Virus record (IMG/VR): IMGVR_UViG_3300009081_000001
Span: 1 to 64,000 of that record
Reading direction: 5' to 3' (one strand)
Length of the DNA: 64,000 nt
From: a virus
Under the pieces are notes generated by a model. That model was not told the DNA's origin. It searched no databases and worked only from the letters and a program-made list of their open reading frames with translations. Of the stretch, positions 9,028-19,410 are shown one piece after another. Every line of letters starts with the position of its first letter. Position 1 is the first letter of the stretch. The position numbers and the translations under genes are program-made.

Positions 9028-10785
9028 TCACAGTATGGACTCAACAAAATCAGCCATTTTGGGATTGCCGGCAGTGTCGTTTGGGTGGAGGTGATCAATC
9101 AAGTCCTCGTCCAGCCAAACCGGCGGGTCGTAGGTATTCCAGCACGGCCACCCCAGGGCGGCAGCCGTCGCCGCAATGGTTGCACGCCGTATCAAGGCCG
9201 CACCCCCGTCCCGAGGCGGAACATTTAGGAAATGTAACGTCGCGCCCGGATGATCCGACGCGAATTGATTGGCCCCCGCCGTCATGGCGGCTGCAATCGC
9301 GTCCTGTGGCGCTCCCGACACATCGCTATCATTCGTGCCGAGCATGACCAACCCAACGTCGCACGGGTCACTGGCTGCCGCCACAACCTGATCCAGAAAA
9401 TCGTTTCCCGCTCCTGCTTGCGTAATAAATTTACTACCGCCCAACGCGCGATTATTGACTATCATCCGGCTGCCACCGTGGAATTGTGACCACAACATCG
9501 CGGGCCATGCCAGGCCGGTGCAGGCAAGGGAGTCACCAAACACGGAGACATACATACGTGTTCCAAAGGGTTGGGAGACAGCCAGGGTTTCGGCGGGCGT
9601 TAATTCCACATCCCACAACGCCACATGCTGCACCAATCCAGGCCAGCCCGCCTGGCCCAACCAGGCCACGCCCCCCACCCAACCATCCTGCCAGGCAGGG
9701 ATGGTGGAAACATCGGCTAGCAACAGGCCATTGATGCGGTTTCGCACCCGATTGTTACTAACCGACCACGACAACACCAGATTGTTCCAACCAAACATCC
9801 CATGTATTTGCCGGGACAGCGCATTGCCACGGCCTGAACCACTGACGATGCGAGTGGAGGTTATGGCATTATTGGCAGTGGTGCGGTAAACCTGTATAAG
9901 ATTGTTGCCATCTTGACCAATATTGATCAGATTTCTAGAGATTCCGTCTGTCCAAATGGCGTCGTCTGTGATGCGAAACCAAATGGACAGCGTGCCCTCG
10001 TCCCGATTGAGTATGTCCCGCCAATCGTGAGTGTTAATGCTACAGGCGCTGACCGACCCGTCATAGGCCGGACATATGTTTCCATCGAACCCCGCCTGAC
10101 CCAACGTCACGCTGGTATAAGCCCCATTGCGACCCGCCGCCGCGAGGACTTCTGTATCCGCCCGCTTGAATGTCACATCATCTAAATAGACCTCAGCACC
10201 GACAACGTTCGCCGGATACAGCCGAATGCCAACATTCGCACAACCGTCGGGGATCACTACCTGGGCAACTACCTCGGCCCAGTCTGTCCCGCTGATACCA
10301 GTGGAAACAATGGACCCGATGTTCGCCGTAGTCGTGGCATTGTAGAACGCATAGCGCCCGGCGTTGGTCCCATCGCCACGAGTCCAAAAACGCAACTCGT
10401 AGGTTTGCCCCACCGCGCAGGGCGCTATATTCCTATACAGGGTCGTTAGCCCACTGGCCCCTTGAACGATCTTGCACGAATGCGAGCCACTATGCACAAT
10501 GACGGTTTCATCAACAATGGAGCCGTTGGGTACATAGCTGGACCAATAGTAGAAAACGGGAGTGCCCGCCGTTTCAAAGCCGCCATTTTGTACCAGGTTG
10601 TTTCGGTTCCCCGTGTCCACGGCAACGATAGCCTCAGCCACTGCACCAGATGCTTCCCATAGCGGCAAAAAGCCGATCATGTGGCTCGGTTGAATTTCCA
10701 TCAAACGCTGATAGTATGCGGCAGGCTGCCCCTTGCTGCCACGTACATTATTGCGCCAGGCTCCGTGCATTCTCGAATGACCCAT
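9028..10785 (-). CDS. Multidomain protein: carbohydrate-binding module + LamG/concanavalin-like + SGNH esterase
   Basis: NLVQNGGFE...YLDDVTF (CBM4/9-like); GTLSIWF..WNNLVLSW (LamG-like); FGDSL, ALGG, LGTND, DHLHP (SGNH blocks). Confidence 0.75.
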   Translation of the reverse strand: MGHSRMHGAWRNNVRGSKGQPAAYYQRLMEIQPSHMIGFLPLWEASGAVAEAIVAVDTGNRNNLVQNGGFETAGTPVFYYWSSYVPNGSIVDETVIVHSGSHSCKIVQGASGLTTLYRNIAPCAVGQTYELRFWTRGDGTNAGRYAFYNATTTANIGSIVSTGISGTDWAEVVAQVVIPDGCANVGIRLYPANVVGAEVYLDDVTFKRADTEVLAAAGRNGAYTSVTLGQAGFDGNICPAYDGSVSACSINTHDWRDILNRDEGTLSIWFRITDDAIWTDGISRNLINIGQDGNNLIQVYRTTANNAITSTRIVSGSGRGNALSRQIHGMFGWNNLVLSWSVSNNRVRNRINGLLLADVSTIPAWQDGWVGGVAWLGQAGWPGLVQHVALWDVELTPAETLAVSQPFGTRMYVSVFGDSLACTGLAWPAMLWSQFHGGSRMIVNNRALGGSKFITQAGAGNDFLDQVVAAASDPCDVGLVMLGTNDSDVSGAPQDAIAAAMTAGANQFASDHPGATLHFLNVPPRDGGAALIRRATIAATAAALGWPCWNTYDPPVWLDEDLIDHLHPNDTAGNPKMADFVESIL

Positions 10786-10786
10786 A

Positions 10787-11257
10787 CTAGCCTCCGATGT
10801 AGGTCACACCTTCGCCGTTGGTGTCAACGTCGATGAACACGGTTGCCAGATTCGCCACTTCCACGAACACCTCTTCCCCGGCATCCAAGACAAAGCCGGT
10901 AAGAGACGTGACAGGGTTGGCCCCAACATAGACGTTGTTGGTGTTCGCTGCCAGCGCCTTGATGCGTACCCCGTAGGTCAGCACCGTCGATGCGCCAAGC
11001 GCCACTTCGGTTCCCGCTGCGGCAACTACCGTCTTGCCATGCACAATAGTCGCTGCTGGTGAGACAGTCACCACCCCCGCCAGTCGAGCCGCCCGGTCGG
11101 TCACGTCTACCTCTGTACTGGCAGCAAGCTCGATCTCATTATCTGCCAGAGACACCACCATAGCATGACCATCGCCCGTATCCTCATACTTCTGATAGGT
11201 GCCAGTCGAGCCCGCTGCCTCTTCTGTACCCGCAATCTTCTTGTATTCGTCAGCCAT
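10787..11257 (-). CDS. Putative virion structural/decoration protein
   Basis: Ala/Val/Thr-rich beta protein (VRIKALAANTNNVYVG) in the head module. Confidence 0.5.
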   Translation of the reverse strand: MADEYKKIAGTEEAAGSTGTYQKYEDTGDGHAMVVSLADNEIELAASTEVDVTDRAARLAGVVTVSPAATIVHGKTVVAAAGTEVALGASTVLTYGVRIKALAANTNNVYVGANPVTSLTGFVLDAGEEVFVEVANLATVFIDVDTNGEGVTYIGG

Positions 11258-11286
11258 CTCTTACTCCCTTATTTCCGACGGAAACG

Positions 11287-11589
11287 CTAGAACACTCCTA
11301 GCGCCTTGAGCGCAACGAGGATAACCGTCGTTACGCCCCCGATGATAGCCACGGTGCCACTATACTTCACTGCCAGCTCTCTCAGGTCCAAGCGCACATC
11401 TGGCACCTGTGAAAGCGTGGGCTGCACCTGGGTCTGCCGCCAGTCCTTGAGCACGGCGATGTCTGTGCAGTTGTCCCGAACAGTTCCATTGAGGCGCTTT
11501 AGCTGTTCCTTTACTTCCTTGATCTCTTCCTTGATCTGCTCCATTACCACCAATACTTTTGTCTGGAATTGTTCGGTTCCTGTTTCCAT
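11287..11589 (-). CDS. Coiled-coil protein with C-terminal transmembrane helix (holin-like candidate)
   Basis: KRLNGTVR coiled coil followed by hydrophobic VAIIGGVTTVILVALKALGVF. Confidence 0.5.
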   Translation of the reverse strand: METGTEQFQTKVLVVMEQIKEEIKEVKEQLKRLNGTVRDNCTDIAVLKDWRQTQVQPTLSQVPDVRLDLRELAVKYSGTVAIIGGVTTVILVALKALGVF

Positions 11590-11590
11590 G

Positions 11591-13366
11591 TTACCCCTTC
11601 GCTGCCGGTTTCTGTCCCTGTGGCTGCTTTGCGGGCTGCTTCATAACCGGCTCCTGGGGAACCCCTGCCACTTCGGGCATCCATCCTGCCGTACTGTCAG
11701 GGTTGGTATCCTCATGGATCTCTAGCTCACGGCCCGCCACTGCCGCCTCAAGCTGTCCGTACCTTACAAGCCACTCGCCTAGCTGTTTTAGCTCCAGGTC
11801 GATATCTTCAATGTCGCCAAGTCGTTTCAACCACTCTTGAGGGGATACTGCCTTGGCTGTAGCCAGCCTGGTCACTTCATCAATAATCTCAAGCCTGTCA
11901 CGCGGCACAACCGGGCGATACTCTACATGCTGCCGTAAGAGGGTAGCGCCTGTCTCTACCTTCGGTATGCCCTCAATCGCCCCCGCCTTGTTGGCCCAAA
12001 TGACAGCAAGGATCTCGTTAATGCCCCCCGACTTGGCAATGGCCGTGGTCCAGTGTGACCGCATCCAGTCAATCGTATTCGTCGTGGGCAGCATCTCCAG
12101 GGCCATAGCGAAACCAGACTTCGCCGCCTTGACCACACCCTTTGCAGCAGGGGTAAGACCGGCTCCCACTTCGGAGAGGGACAAGAGCCTGTCTGTAAAG
12201 GCATCGGTCTGCGTGGGCACTTCGGGTTGAGGGAATTGGTGTACCTTGGCTGGTTCACGTCCTGCAGGTGTCTTGCCCATGTTCAGGGCACCGGACTTGG
12301 GGATAGGGATGATGCCTTGCTTGTCGCCAGGACCGTTGTAGTCTGAAAGGCCAAATGCGGGGTGACTCCCCCTGGTAAGCGCGTCGCCAAAGTCTGCGAG
12401 AGTCTTGTTGACCTCGGACTGCATACCCTCTAGATCGTAGGCCAGGCTTGCGCCAAAGAAGCCGCCTACCCTGATACGGGGTACGTACACAAAGGGGATG
12501 ATGCCCACCCCGTAGACAGGATGGACGTAGGGGTTGGGGCCTCGCATCTCACCGATGACGGTGCCAAACTGGTCAAATATCCTTGCCGCAATGCCGGGAT
12601 CATCGGCGTTCTTCAGGCCCTTGCCAAGCGCCACATAGTATTGACGCCTATCCCAATGCTCCTCGACCGGGACTTTGTTGTTATCAGAAAGGCCCAGGCC
12701 GTCTACCTCTGCCTCGGTGAGCCCGTACACCTGCACCGCTACAGCTTTGGCAACGCTGAACTTTATACGAACAGCAATCAGCTCCTCGAAGTTGACCGGG
12801 TTCCAGATAGGATAGAAGTGCTCGGGCTGAATGGTCTGCAACTGGCATCCATAAGTGGAGAGAGGGCTACGGGCATCCCATGCTACCTTGAGGATACAGC
12901 CACCGGCCCATTGCTGGATCGTGCCATTGCTTCTAAGGGTATGGAAGTTAAAGCTCCACCAGTAGTCTAGCGCCTCTTTGAGTTGCCGCGCCTGTTCTGT
13001 CGCTTCCCGCCCCGGCCTCCCCGGCACCTTGCTGTCAATGCGAATGTCGAATAGGTCATCTGACTCTGCTCCTGTCTTGGCTCTACCCCACAACATACCG
13101 GCATACAAGAGACAGTAGGACTTGATGAGGTTGAACCGCACCGGCCAGCGGTAGGTATCCTGGTCTGTGTCAGAACCAGGGTTCTCCATCGTGGATAGGG
13201 ATTCTTCCAGGGCGCGACCGTCGAAAAGGGAACGCCAAGTATCGTAGCGTTCCATCATCCAGTCCAACTCCGGTTGTCGTTGGCGTTCTGGATCCCTCTT
13301 CTCGCCTTTTACGTCAGAGTATGCAGTTTGTGGAAGTCTGCGCAGCCCCAAAGACCATCTAGGCAT
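11591..13366 (-). CDS. Portal protein
   Basis: 591 aa between terminase and head genes; PFVYVPRIR..FFGASL..LEGMQSEVNKTLAD and SGFAMAL portal-like segments. Confidence 0.8.
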   Translation of the reverse strand: MPRWSLGLRRLPQTAYSDVKGEKRDPERQRQPELDWMMERYDTWRSLFDGRALEESLSTMENPGSDTDQDTYRWPVRFNLIKSYCLLYAGMLWGRAKTGAESDDLFDIRIDSKVPGRPGREATEQARQLKEALDYWWSFNFHTLRSNGTIQQWAGGCILKVAWDARSPLSTYGCQLQTIQPEHFYPIWNPVNFEELIAVRIKFSVAKAVAVQVYGLTEAEVDGLGLSDNNKVPVEEHWDRRQYYVALGKGLKNADDPGIAARIFDQFGTVIGEMRGPNPYVHPVYGVGIIPFVYVPRIRVGGFFGASLAYDLEGMQSEVNKTLADFGDALTRGSHPAFGLSDYNGPGDKQGIIPIPKSGALNMGKTPAGREPAKVHQFPQPEVPTQTDAFTDRLLSLSEVGAGLTPAAKGVVKAAKSGFAMALEMLPTTNTIDWMRSHWTTAIAKSGGINEILAVIWANKAGAIEGIPKVETGATLLRQHVEYRPVVPRDRLEIIDEVTRLATAKAVSPQEWLKRLGDIEDIDLELKQLGEWLVRYGQLEAAVAGRELEIHEDTNPDSTAGWMPEVAGVPQEPVMKQPAKQPQGQKPAAKG

Positions 13367-13419
13367 AGACTAGCTTTCCCCACCCCACCCCCGCTGCCCA
13401 AGGCAGCACCTACCCACTT

Positions 13420-13458
13420 AAATAGAAAGAGCCCTAGACCATGTAGGCTCTAGGGCTC
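13420..13458 (-). terminator. Intrinsic terminator-like hairpin upstream of portal
   Basis: AGAGCCCTAGA-loop-TCTAGGGCTCT followed by TTCTATTT on the minus strand. Confidence 0.6.
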
Positions 13459-13480
13459 TCGATCTCGGGCTATTCGTCTG

Positions 13481-13660
13481 TTAACGTTTCATCTTCTCGT
13501 GACAGGCCAGCAGGGTTTCAATGTCTATCGGTTCTTCCTGCATCGTGGCTTTACACCACACCCACACTTGCTTTCCGTCGAACCGGGCTACTACCTGTCT
13601 GCATCCACCCGTTACCAGGCGGAGATGGCCTGTCTCTTCTTCGAACACCGCTTTAGACAT
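13481..13660 (-). CDS. Small protein, possibly a degenerate Com-like zinc ribbon
   Basis: 59 aa with GGCRQVVAR...WCKAT upstream of portal. Confidence 0.35.
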   Translation of the reverse strand: MSKAVFEEETGHLRLVTGGCRQVVARFDGKQVWVWCKATMQEEPIDIETLLACHEKMKR

Positions 13661-13687
13661 TATACCCCACATCGTTCATAGTGTCAA
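13659..13687 (-). promoter_or_regulatory. Consensus sigma70-type promoter facing the head genes
   Basis: TTGACA-17 bp-TATAAT on the minus strand. Confidence 0.75.
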
Positions 13688-13726
13688 GCCGGTATACCAT
13701 GTATCTGAACCTATTTCCGACGGAAA

Positions 13727-14187
13727 TCAACGCTGGTCCCTTATCTCTCTCACTTCTACCCGGTATTCCCTGCCAGAATCGACCATCAGCCCCGCCTTTG
13801 CCTCAGAGAGAAGCAGTTGAATGTAGTCGTCGGGTAGGGCTCTGGCTTGTAGCTCTTGGATGCGCTCTGCTATAAATGAGGCCCATATCTCGTCCCTGTA
13901 GCCCTCGGGCAAGTGCTTGCGGCATTGCTCATAGGCCCATATCCAGAATCTCGCTAGACCCTTTTGCACTTTGGCATGGCCTCCACGATGGCATTATATG
14001 TCGCATCCCTGGCCTGTGCATCTGAATAGATAATCATCCGCTCCAGACCCTTATAGGTAACGATGATCCGGTATTCATTTTGGCGGCTGGATGCGGTATA
14101 TTGAACATCTGCCTTAGTAACCGTCCTAATGCCAGCAATCGCAATGACGGCATCGCTATCTGCTACATACAACACATTCTCGCTCAT
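13727..14187 (-). CDS. Two small hypothetical genes (14187-13954, 13969-13727)
   Basis: Overlapping start/stop coupling downstream of terminase. Confidence 0.55.
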
Positions 14188-15956
14188 CTTGTTCTTACCT
14201 CTCTCCTTCGATCTCGTACTTCCCTAAAGAAGTACTCCGGTTCTTCCCAGTACTCCTCTTCCTCTTTCGGCTCTGGCATCTGGAACATATCAGCCACATA
14301 GGGCCATACCACGTTCGTCAGCGCCAAGAGAGCCATGACCGTATCCTGTGGCAGCTTCTTGTCAAGTATCTGATACCCTGATAGCTCCTGCTCCAAGAGG
14401 CTGATAAGGGGGGAGACGAACAACCCCGACTGTAGCAAGAGCTGTGCCTGCATGATGAGCGTCGGCTTGATGACGTTCATGTTCAGCGGTACAATCTGCA
14501 AGTCCTCGGGCCACACCACTTCATGCACGTTCTTCTGTGTGCCGCCTGCTTCTGCCGCGAAATGGCCTTCTGGCATCGGGTATCTTTGTAAGATGTACTT
14601 GCAGTCTGCAATCCAGGGACGGATAGAACCTTGCCCTACCCTGCTCACATTCCCCACATGGAAGTACACGATCTCGAACGGGCGGGCGTCTATCCTTGCG
14701 ACGATATTGCACCACTTGTTCCGGTTAGGCACCCGCCCGGTGCCCGGATCGCCACCTACCGCATACGCTGCTCCCTGCTCTGGCGGCTTCTCATAATGGA
14801 CCAACCCATACTCTTCGTGTTTGATGAACTTCCAGCCCGGCGCTTCCTCTTCTACCGCTGCAACCGCTGTCTCGGTGAGCGAGTTGTCAAAGAGGTTATC
14901 AAGGTGGTCCTGAACGAACACATCACCGACAGCCCTTGGGCGCTCGGCATCCATCTCGACACGCAGCCCATCAGGATCGTCCAAGAACTGCTGGCGGAGT
15001 AGCCCCTTCTGGTCCTCGTCAAAGTAGGCATTCATGGCGCTGGTCCAGGTCATAGACCAACGCTTATCAGGGTTGTTCTTGCCCCACTTGTAGCGAATCC
15101 ACTCCCAGGCCCACGGTCCAGCGTTCCCGGTGAGCATCAGGACCGTGCGCTTGGTGACGTTCTTCTTGACTACCCAGGCATCGAGACTCTTCTGCAAAGC
15201 CCTGCGCCGTCTCGGGTTCGTCTCGGTCTGCATCTCGAAGACTCGCTCATCGTACTCTTGCTTGAGGGCAGGGTCAGAGTTGAGCGTATACCAGTTAGGC
15301 CCACGCGCAATCCCTGTCAGGATGCGCACAAAGTAATCGTCCATGTTGATGCGGAACGATTCATCACTGGTCACGTAGCCCGCCGTAAGGGACCGTAGCA
15401 GCTCCATCGGCTTGCCACCATGCCCGCCCTGTGACCGGAAGAAGAACTTTGTACCTGGGTCAAACTCATTCCAGGGACGCAACTCGATATCTGGTGCCGG
15501 TGCCACCCTGGTATGCTGTAGGAAGATACGGCTGAAGTTGGACGCTCCCCCCTTCTCCAAGATGATATCATAGGCATACTTGGACTGCTCGATAGAGGGT
15601 GCCGTGTGCAGCCAGTTATAGCCGGGGGTGAATGCTGTGCGCGTGGCAAAGACAATCGCCAATGCCTCTGACTTGCTGGCACCACGACCGCCGTGCAACA
15701 TGATATCTTGGATGGGGCAGTAGTACAATGGTGCCTGGAAGTCTTGGAGCTGCCAGCCAAAGAGGTACTGCAGCGCCACGTTGATGATGGGCTGGCCGTT
15801 CTCACTCCTGGGAATGTAGGCGGGCCAGTCCTCTCCGTACCGCAAGAAGCCATCCCGAATAAACCAGTCACCCGACCGGGCATACTCGAATAGCTCAATC
15901 TCCTCGGGTACAAGGATATCCTCAACAAATCTAGGTGCTTCTGTCTTGCGGGCCAT
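14184..15956 (-). CDS. terL: Terminase large subunit
   Basis: Walker A HGGRGASKS, Walker B YVTSDE, nuclease acidic motifs VGGDPG and PQDTVMAL. Confidence 0.88.
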   Translation of the reverse strand: MARKTEAPRFVEDILVPEEIELFEYARSGDWFIRDGFLRYGEDWPAYIPRSENGQPIINVALQYLFGWQLQDFQAPLYYCPIQDIMLHGGRGASKSEALAIVFATRTAFTPGYNWLHTAPSIEQSKYAYDIILEKGGASNFSRIFLQHTRVAPAPDIELRPWNEFDPGTKFFFRSQGGHGGKPMELLRSLTAGYVTSDESFRINMDDYFVRILTGIARGPNWYTLNSDPALKQEYDERVFEMQTETNPRRRRALQKSLDAWVVKKNVTKRTVLMLTGNAGPWAWEWIRYKWGKNNPDKRWSMTWTSAMNAYFDEDQKGLLRQQFLDDPDGLRVEMDAERPRAVGDVFVQDHLDNLFDNSLTETAVAAVEEEAPGWKFIKHEEYGLVHYEKPPEQGAAYAVGGDPGTGRVPNRNKWCNIVARIDARPFEIVYFHVGNVSRVGQGSIRPWIADCKYILQRYPMPEGHFAAEAGGTQKNVHEVVWPEDLQIVPLNMNVIKPTLIMQAQLLLQSGLFVSPLISLLEQELSGYQILDKKLPQDTVMALLALTNVVWPYVADMFQMPEPKEEEEYWEEPEYFFREVRDRRREVRTR

Positions 15957-16407
15957 GCTCTCTACTTTCAGAACATGGCTCTAAGGCTCTCGTTATTCTC
16001 TTAAGCATATCTACTAGCTCTGGCGATACACCGCCATCATATTCCCAAACAACGTGATCAATGTCGGAGTGCTGTAATCGCAGGCCCATATAGTGGATGG
16101 GATCGCGGGGAGTCTCTATTCTAATGTTCTTGTGGTCGAGTCCAAGAAGATCAGCCCACCCCCGTACCCTCTTCTGCAAGTCTCTGACATACCATTGTGT
16201 GTGTACCAGAAACAGGACTTGCCCAAACTGACTATGATACAGAGCTTCTACCAAGTCTCTGGTTGTGCGCCCGCTACCTCTCGGCCATGCCAGAATCCCA
16301 CCAGACTGTTCTTTAACCAGATGGTGGATCTCCTTCATATTCTGCGTGGTCGGGACAAGCAGCCCCAACCTCTCGTAAATCTCTTGTAGTGTCATCGTTT
16401 GGGCCAT
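15931..16407 (-). CDS. Hypothetical protein with P-loop-like PRGSGRTT
   Basis: 158-aa ORF in operon with degenerate Walker A. Confidence 0.5.
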   Translation of the reverse strand: MAQTMTLQEIYERLGLLVPTTQNMKEIHHLVKEQSGGILAWPRGSGRTTRDLVEALYHSQFGQVLFLVHTQWYVRDLQKRVRGWADLLGLDHKNIRIETPRDPIHYMGLRLQHSDIDHVVWEYDGGVSPELVDMLKRITRALEPCSESREHGPQDRST

Positions 16408-16876
16408 GTTCCGCGTATAATGTCCCCTGTTTTTCTAAGCTGCCCAAGTAGGTACTTGGGAATGTCCTCGAACCACATCCTAGCTAAGTAGGATTGCTTG
16501 GGTAGAGGCTCCCATAGTCCACAATCTACGCAGAAGTTATGATAGCCCTCGCAATCGAGTGCCCACGAATACCTATGGATACCCACCTTGCACAACAATC
16601 GCCTTAGTCGTTTTCTCATTCATTCCTCATTTCCGTCGGAAATCCCTGTACGCACTATGGCATCATTGATTGCGTCAACAATCTCGTCAATGGCTAAGTA
16701 CAACTCGCGAAGTTGATGTGCGCCAGAATAGGGGCCAGGATGTAGCGTAACGCTCTTGCTCTCCAGGCCATTGATCTCGATACGCTTGACCTCGCCATTT
16801 TCTACGCTGGCACAAATGCTGGTAGTGCCCACCTTGGATACCAACCACTCGCTCTTAGATCCCTGAATCTCTAGCA

Positions 16877-17626
16877 TTAACCTTTCCATCCTGTCACAAC
16901 ACCCTCTGCTGTAAGGGTATGCGTCGAATCCTTGAGGCCACATAACGGTGCAGCCACCCGCCTGTTGGTGTTGGCGTCAGGGTCATCCCAAGGCAACTGT
17001 GCATGGCTCTGATGTACAATGGTACAGCAGGGGGTGATATCCACTACCGGGATATCTCTGCGCCTCGCCATGCCAAGCAAGCCGTTGTCCCAGGTATACT
17101 TACCCAACACGTAGTCTGGTGGGCGTCTGTTCTGGTACACTTCCCCCTTCATGCCGAATAGGTCTATGGCACACTCGACCATCTTGCTGCCCTGTTGCTG
17201 AACTTTGTCCCACAAGGCTGCTTGCCAGTCAGGTTCAAAGGCAAGGTAGTCGAGTACCTGGACGTTCCACCTTCTTGCCACAAGCAAGGCGCTCTCGAAC
17301 TCTCCCGCTGCTCTCTCGATAGCGGGGAGTACATCATCGAACACGATGATATCGGCATTGACGTACACCGATACCTCTGCCATGTTCGCCGCCTGCTGGA
17401 ACAGGTCTGACACCAAAGGAACGCCACGCTCACTACGCTGACGGACAGGGACAATCTCAAAGCCAAGACTCTCGGCCAGGGAGATAGCTGCATCCCCCTC
17501 GTGTTCCCTATCCCCGAAGAGGGCGACGCGGGCACCGGCCTTTGCCCATGAAGTCATGGCGTTGAACTGGATGATGCTGTATAAGCCCTCGAAGGGCCTG
17601 GGTGTGCTAAAAAGGATGACCGACAT
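16877..17626 (-). CDS. Putative glycosyltransferase (GT-A-like)
   Basis: YVNADII DxD-like motif, ARRWN, WDN, VHQSH. Confidence 0.65.
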   Translation of the reverse strand: MSVILFSTPRPFEGLYSIIQFNAMTSWAKAGARVALFGDREHEGDAAISLAESLGFEIVPVRQRSERGVPLVSDLFQQAANMAEVSVYVNADIIVFDDVLPAIERAAGEFESALLVARRWNVQVLDYLAFEPDWQAALWDKVQQQGSKMVECAIDLFGMKGEVYQNRRPPDYVLGKYTWDNGLLGMARRRDIPVVDITPCCTIVHQSHAQLPWDDPDANTNRRVAAPLCGLKDSTHTLTAEGVVTGWKG

Positions 17627-18007
17627 TTATCCCCCACAACACAAGCAGAATTAGAAGCAAGAAGAGAACCCCATACCCGATCCACATTTGCAGCCTGCGG
17701 TCTTCTACTGGCGCATCGGTGATGGCGTTAATATTGAAGATAGCCGCTGGAGATACAGGACTCCAATTCCACGTAAAGCTATAGGGTACAGAAGTCTCAA
17801 CGGGCGGCGGAAACTCAATCTTTGGCAAATGTACTAGCTCTGGTTCGTTGAAGACCCAGGCTGTACCCTCTGGCACATAGGGCGAGACAATCACATCTAT
17901 ACCAAGGAATTGTGACCTAAGCGTATTGTCCATTGCTTTGAGCATTTCGTCAGCAGTAGACGAATAGCAAGCATCGCTGGCTAATGATGCCCAAGATGGA
18001 CTGGCTA

Positions 18008-18715
18008 CTATTCTTTGTCTTGAGGCCATTGGAACCACACTACCTTTGCACCCTTCTCCCAGTGCAGCCTTACCCTCTGCGATTTCACCCACTGCATCAG
18101 CTCGGGAACCTCTGTAAAGCCCCAAAAGCCACCCCTACCCATCTCGTAGTCACAGTAAGAGAGAGGCCAGATAGCCAGCGGTGCCGTATGGTCTACCTGG
18201 GGAGCCACCACCGTAAGGCGAAACTCCTCTTTCTCTTCTGGCGTCTTGAGGCTCTTGTCAGACCGCCACACATCGTCAAAGGCTACTACACTCCCATGAG
18301 GCAAATCAGGGATAGCCTTGAAGACGTGGCTATGGTCGGAGTGAACGTCTACATACAGCAGCACCCGGTCATCTGCAGCCCACAGATTTTGCAGCTTCAC
18401 GTCGCGTACCCAATTCTGGTGCAGGGTAAGCCGCGAGAAGTCTACGGGCAGGGCAGAGGCCGTACCCCGTAGTGGTGCAAAGCCAGCATCCACGCAATGA
18501 ATCTTTGCCTCTGGTGCAGCCTCAAGCCACAGGCGGGTGCTCAAACCGTGCGCCGTGCCAAGCTCGATAACCACGGTGGGCTTGTACATCTCGCACAGCT
18601 TTGCCAGCACGTCAAGACTCTCTGGCGTCTGGTCTGCAAAGTTGGGCCGCCCACCCTGAACGTCTGCCAGGGTGCGAATCCAGCCATGATACTTGTCCCT
18701 CGTTGCTTTGTTCAT
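18008..18715 (-). CDS. Class I SAM-dependent methyltransferase
   Basis: VIELGTAHGLST motif I; IHCVD; VAFDD. Confidence 0.8.
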   Translation of the reverse strand: MNKATRDKYHGWIRTLADVQGGRPNFADQTPESLDVLAKLCEMYKPTVVIELGTAHGLSTRLWLEAAPEAKIHCVDAGFAPLRGTASALPVDFSRLTLHQNWVRDVKLQNLWAADDRVLLYVDVHSDHSHVFKAIPDLPHGSVVAFDDVWRSDKSLKTPEEKEEFRLTVVAPQVDHTAPLAIWPLSYCDYEMGRGGFWGFTEVPELMQWVKSQRVRLHWEKGAKVVWFQWPQDKE

Positions 18716-19410
18716 GCTTCCTCCATAGTATAGTAGGCATAGTGCCCGATGGGTTGCTTGCTGTAGCCCTTGGCTGCAAGCCAGGCGTCTATCTCGCTTG
18801 GGTGATACCCGAATTGCTTACAGTGAGGCTCCCACCATTCCAAGAAGATGGCGGGGTGATGGCAGTCTATCAAGCCCTCTGCTCCCTTCAAGACGTGTAG
18901 CTCTGCTCCCTCTACGTCTATCTTGAGGAAGTCCAGCCGTCCTATCCCATAAGGAAGAGAGAGGCCGTCCAGGCTACGGGCCATAACCTCATAGCTGGCC
19001 GTCTCTCCCCCTGCTGGAAAGCGATACTGCACCCTGCTGTAACCGTGCGCCTCGTGGGCATGAAAGGTCAACATGCAATCCTTGTCCCAGGCAGCATAGG
19101 ACAGAATGACGGCAGGCAGGGCGTTCGCCTTACAGTTGTCCCGTAGCAGTTGGCAAATGTCCCGGTTGGGCTCCAGGGCAAAGACTCTCGCTTGGGGAAT
19201 GTGAGAGGCCAGCAGGGTAAAGGCCCCGGTGTTGGCACCCACGTCTATGAACCACGGCATAGAAACCTGAACCAGCTTGCCATAGAAAAAGCGCAGCAAG
19301 TCACGGTTGTAGGCGCTTGCATTTCCGTCGGAAATACGGAAGCTGCCACAGTCCTTTGCCGACTCCGGCACAATCTCTACATACTTGTCATCGAATAGTA
19401 GTGCTTTCAT
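18712..19410 (-). CDS. FkbM-family methyltransferase
   Basis: FIDVGANTG, ALEPN, FLKIDVEGAELHVLKGA. Confidence 0.9.
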   Translation of the reverse strand: MKALLFDDKYVEIVPESAKDCGSFRISDGNASAYNRDLLRFFYGKLVQVSMPWFIDVGANTGAFTLLASHIPQARVFALEPNRDICQLLRDNCKANALPAVILSYAAWDKDCMLTFHAHEAHGYSRVQYRFPAGGETASYEVMARSLDGLSLPYGIGRLDFLKIDVEGAELHVLKGAEGLIDCHHPAIFLEWWEPHCKQFGYHPSEIDAWLAAKGYSKQPIGHYAYYTMEEA

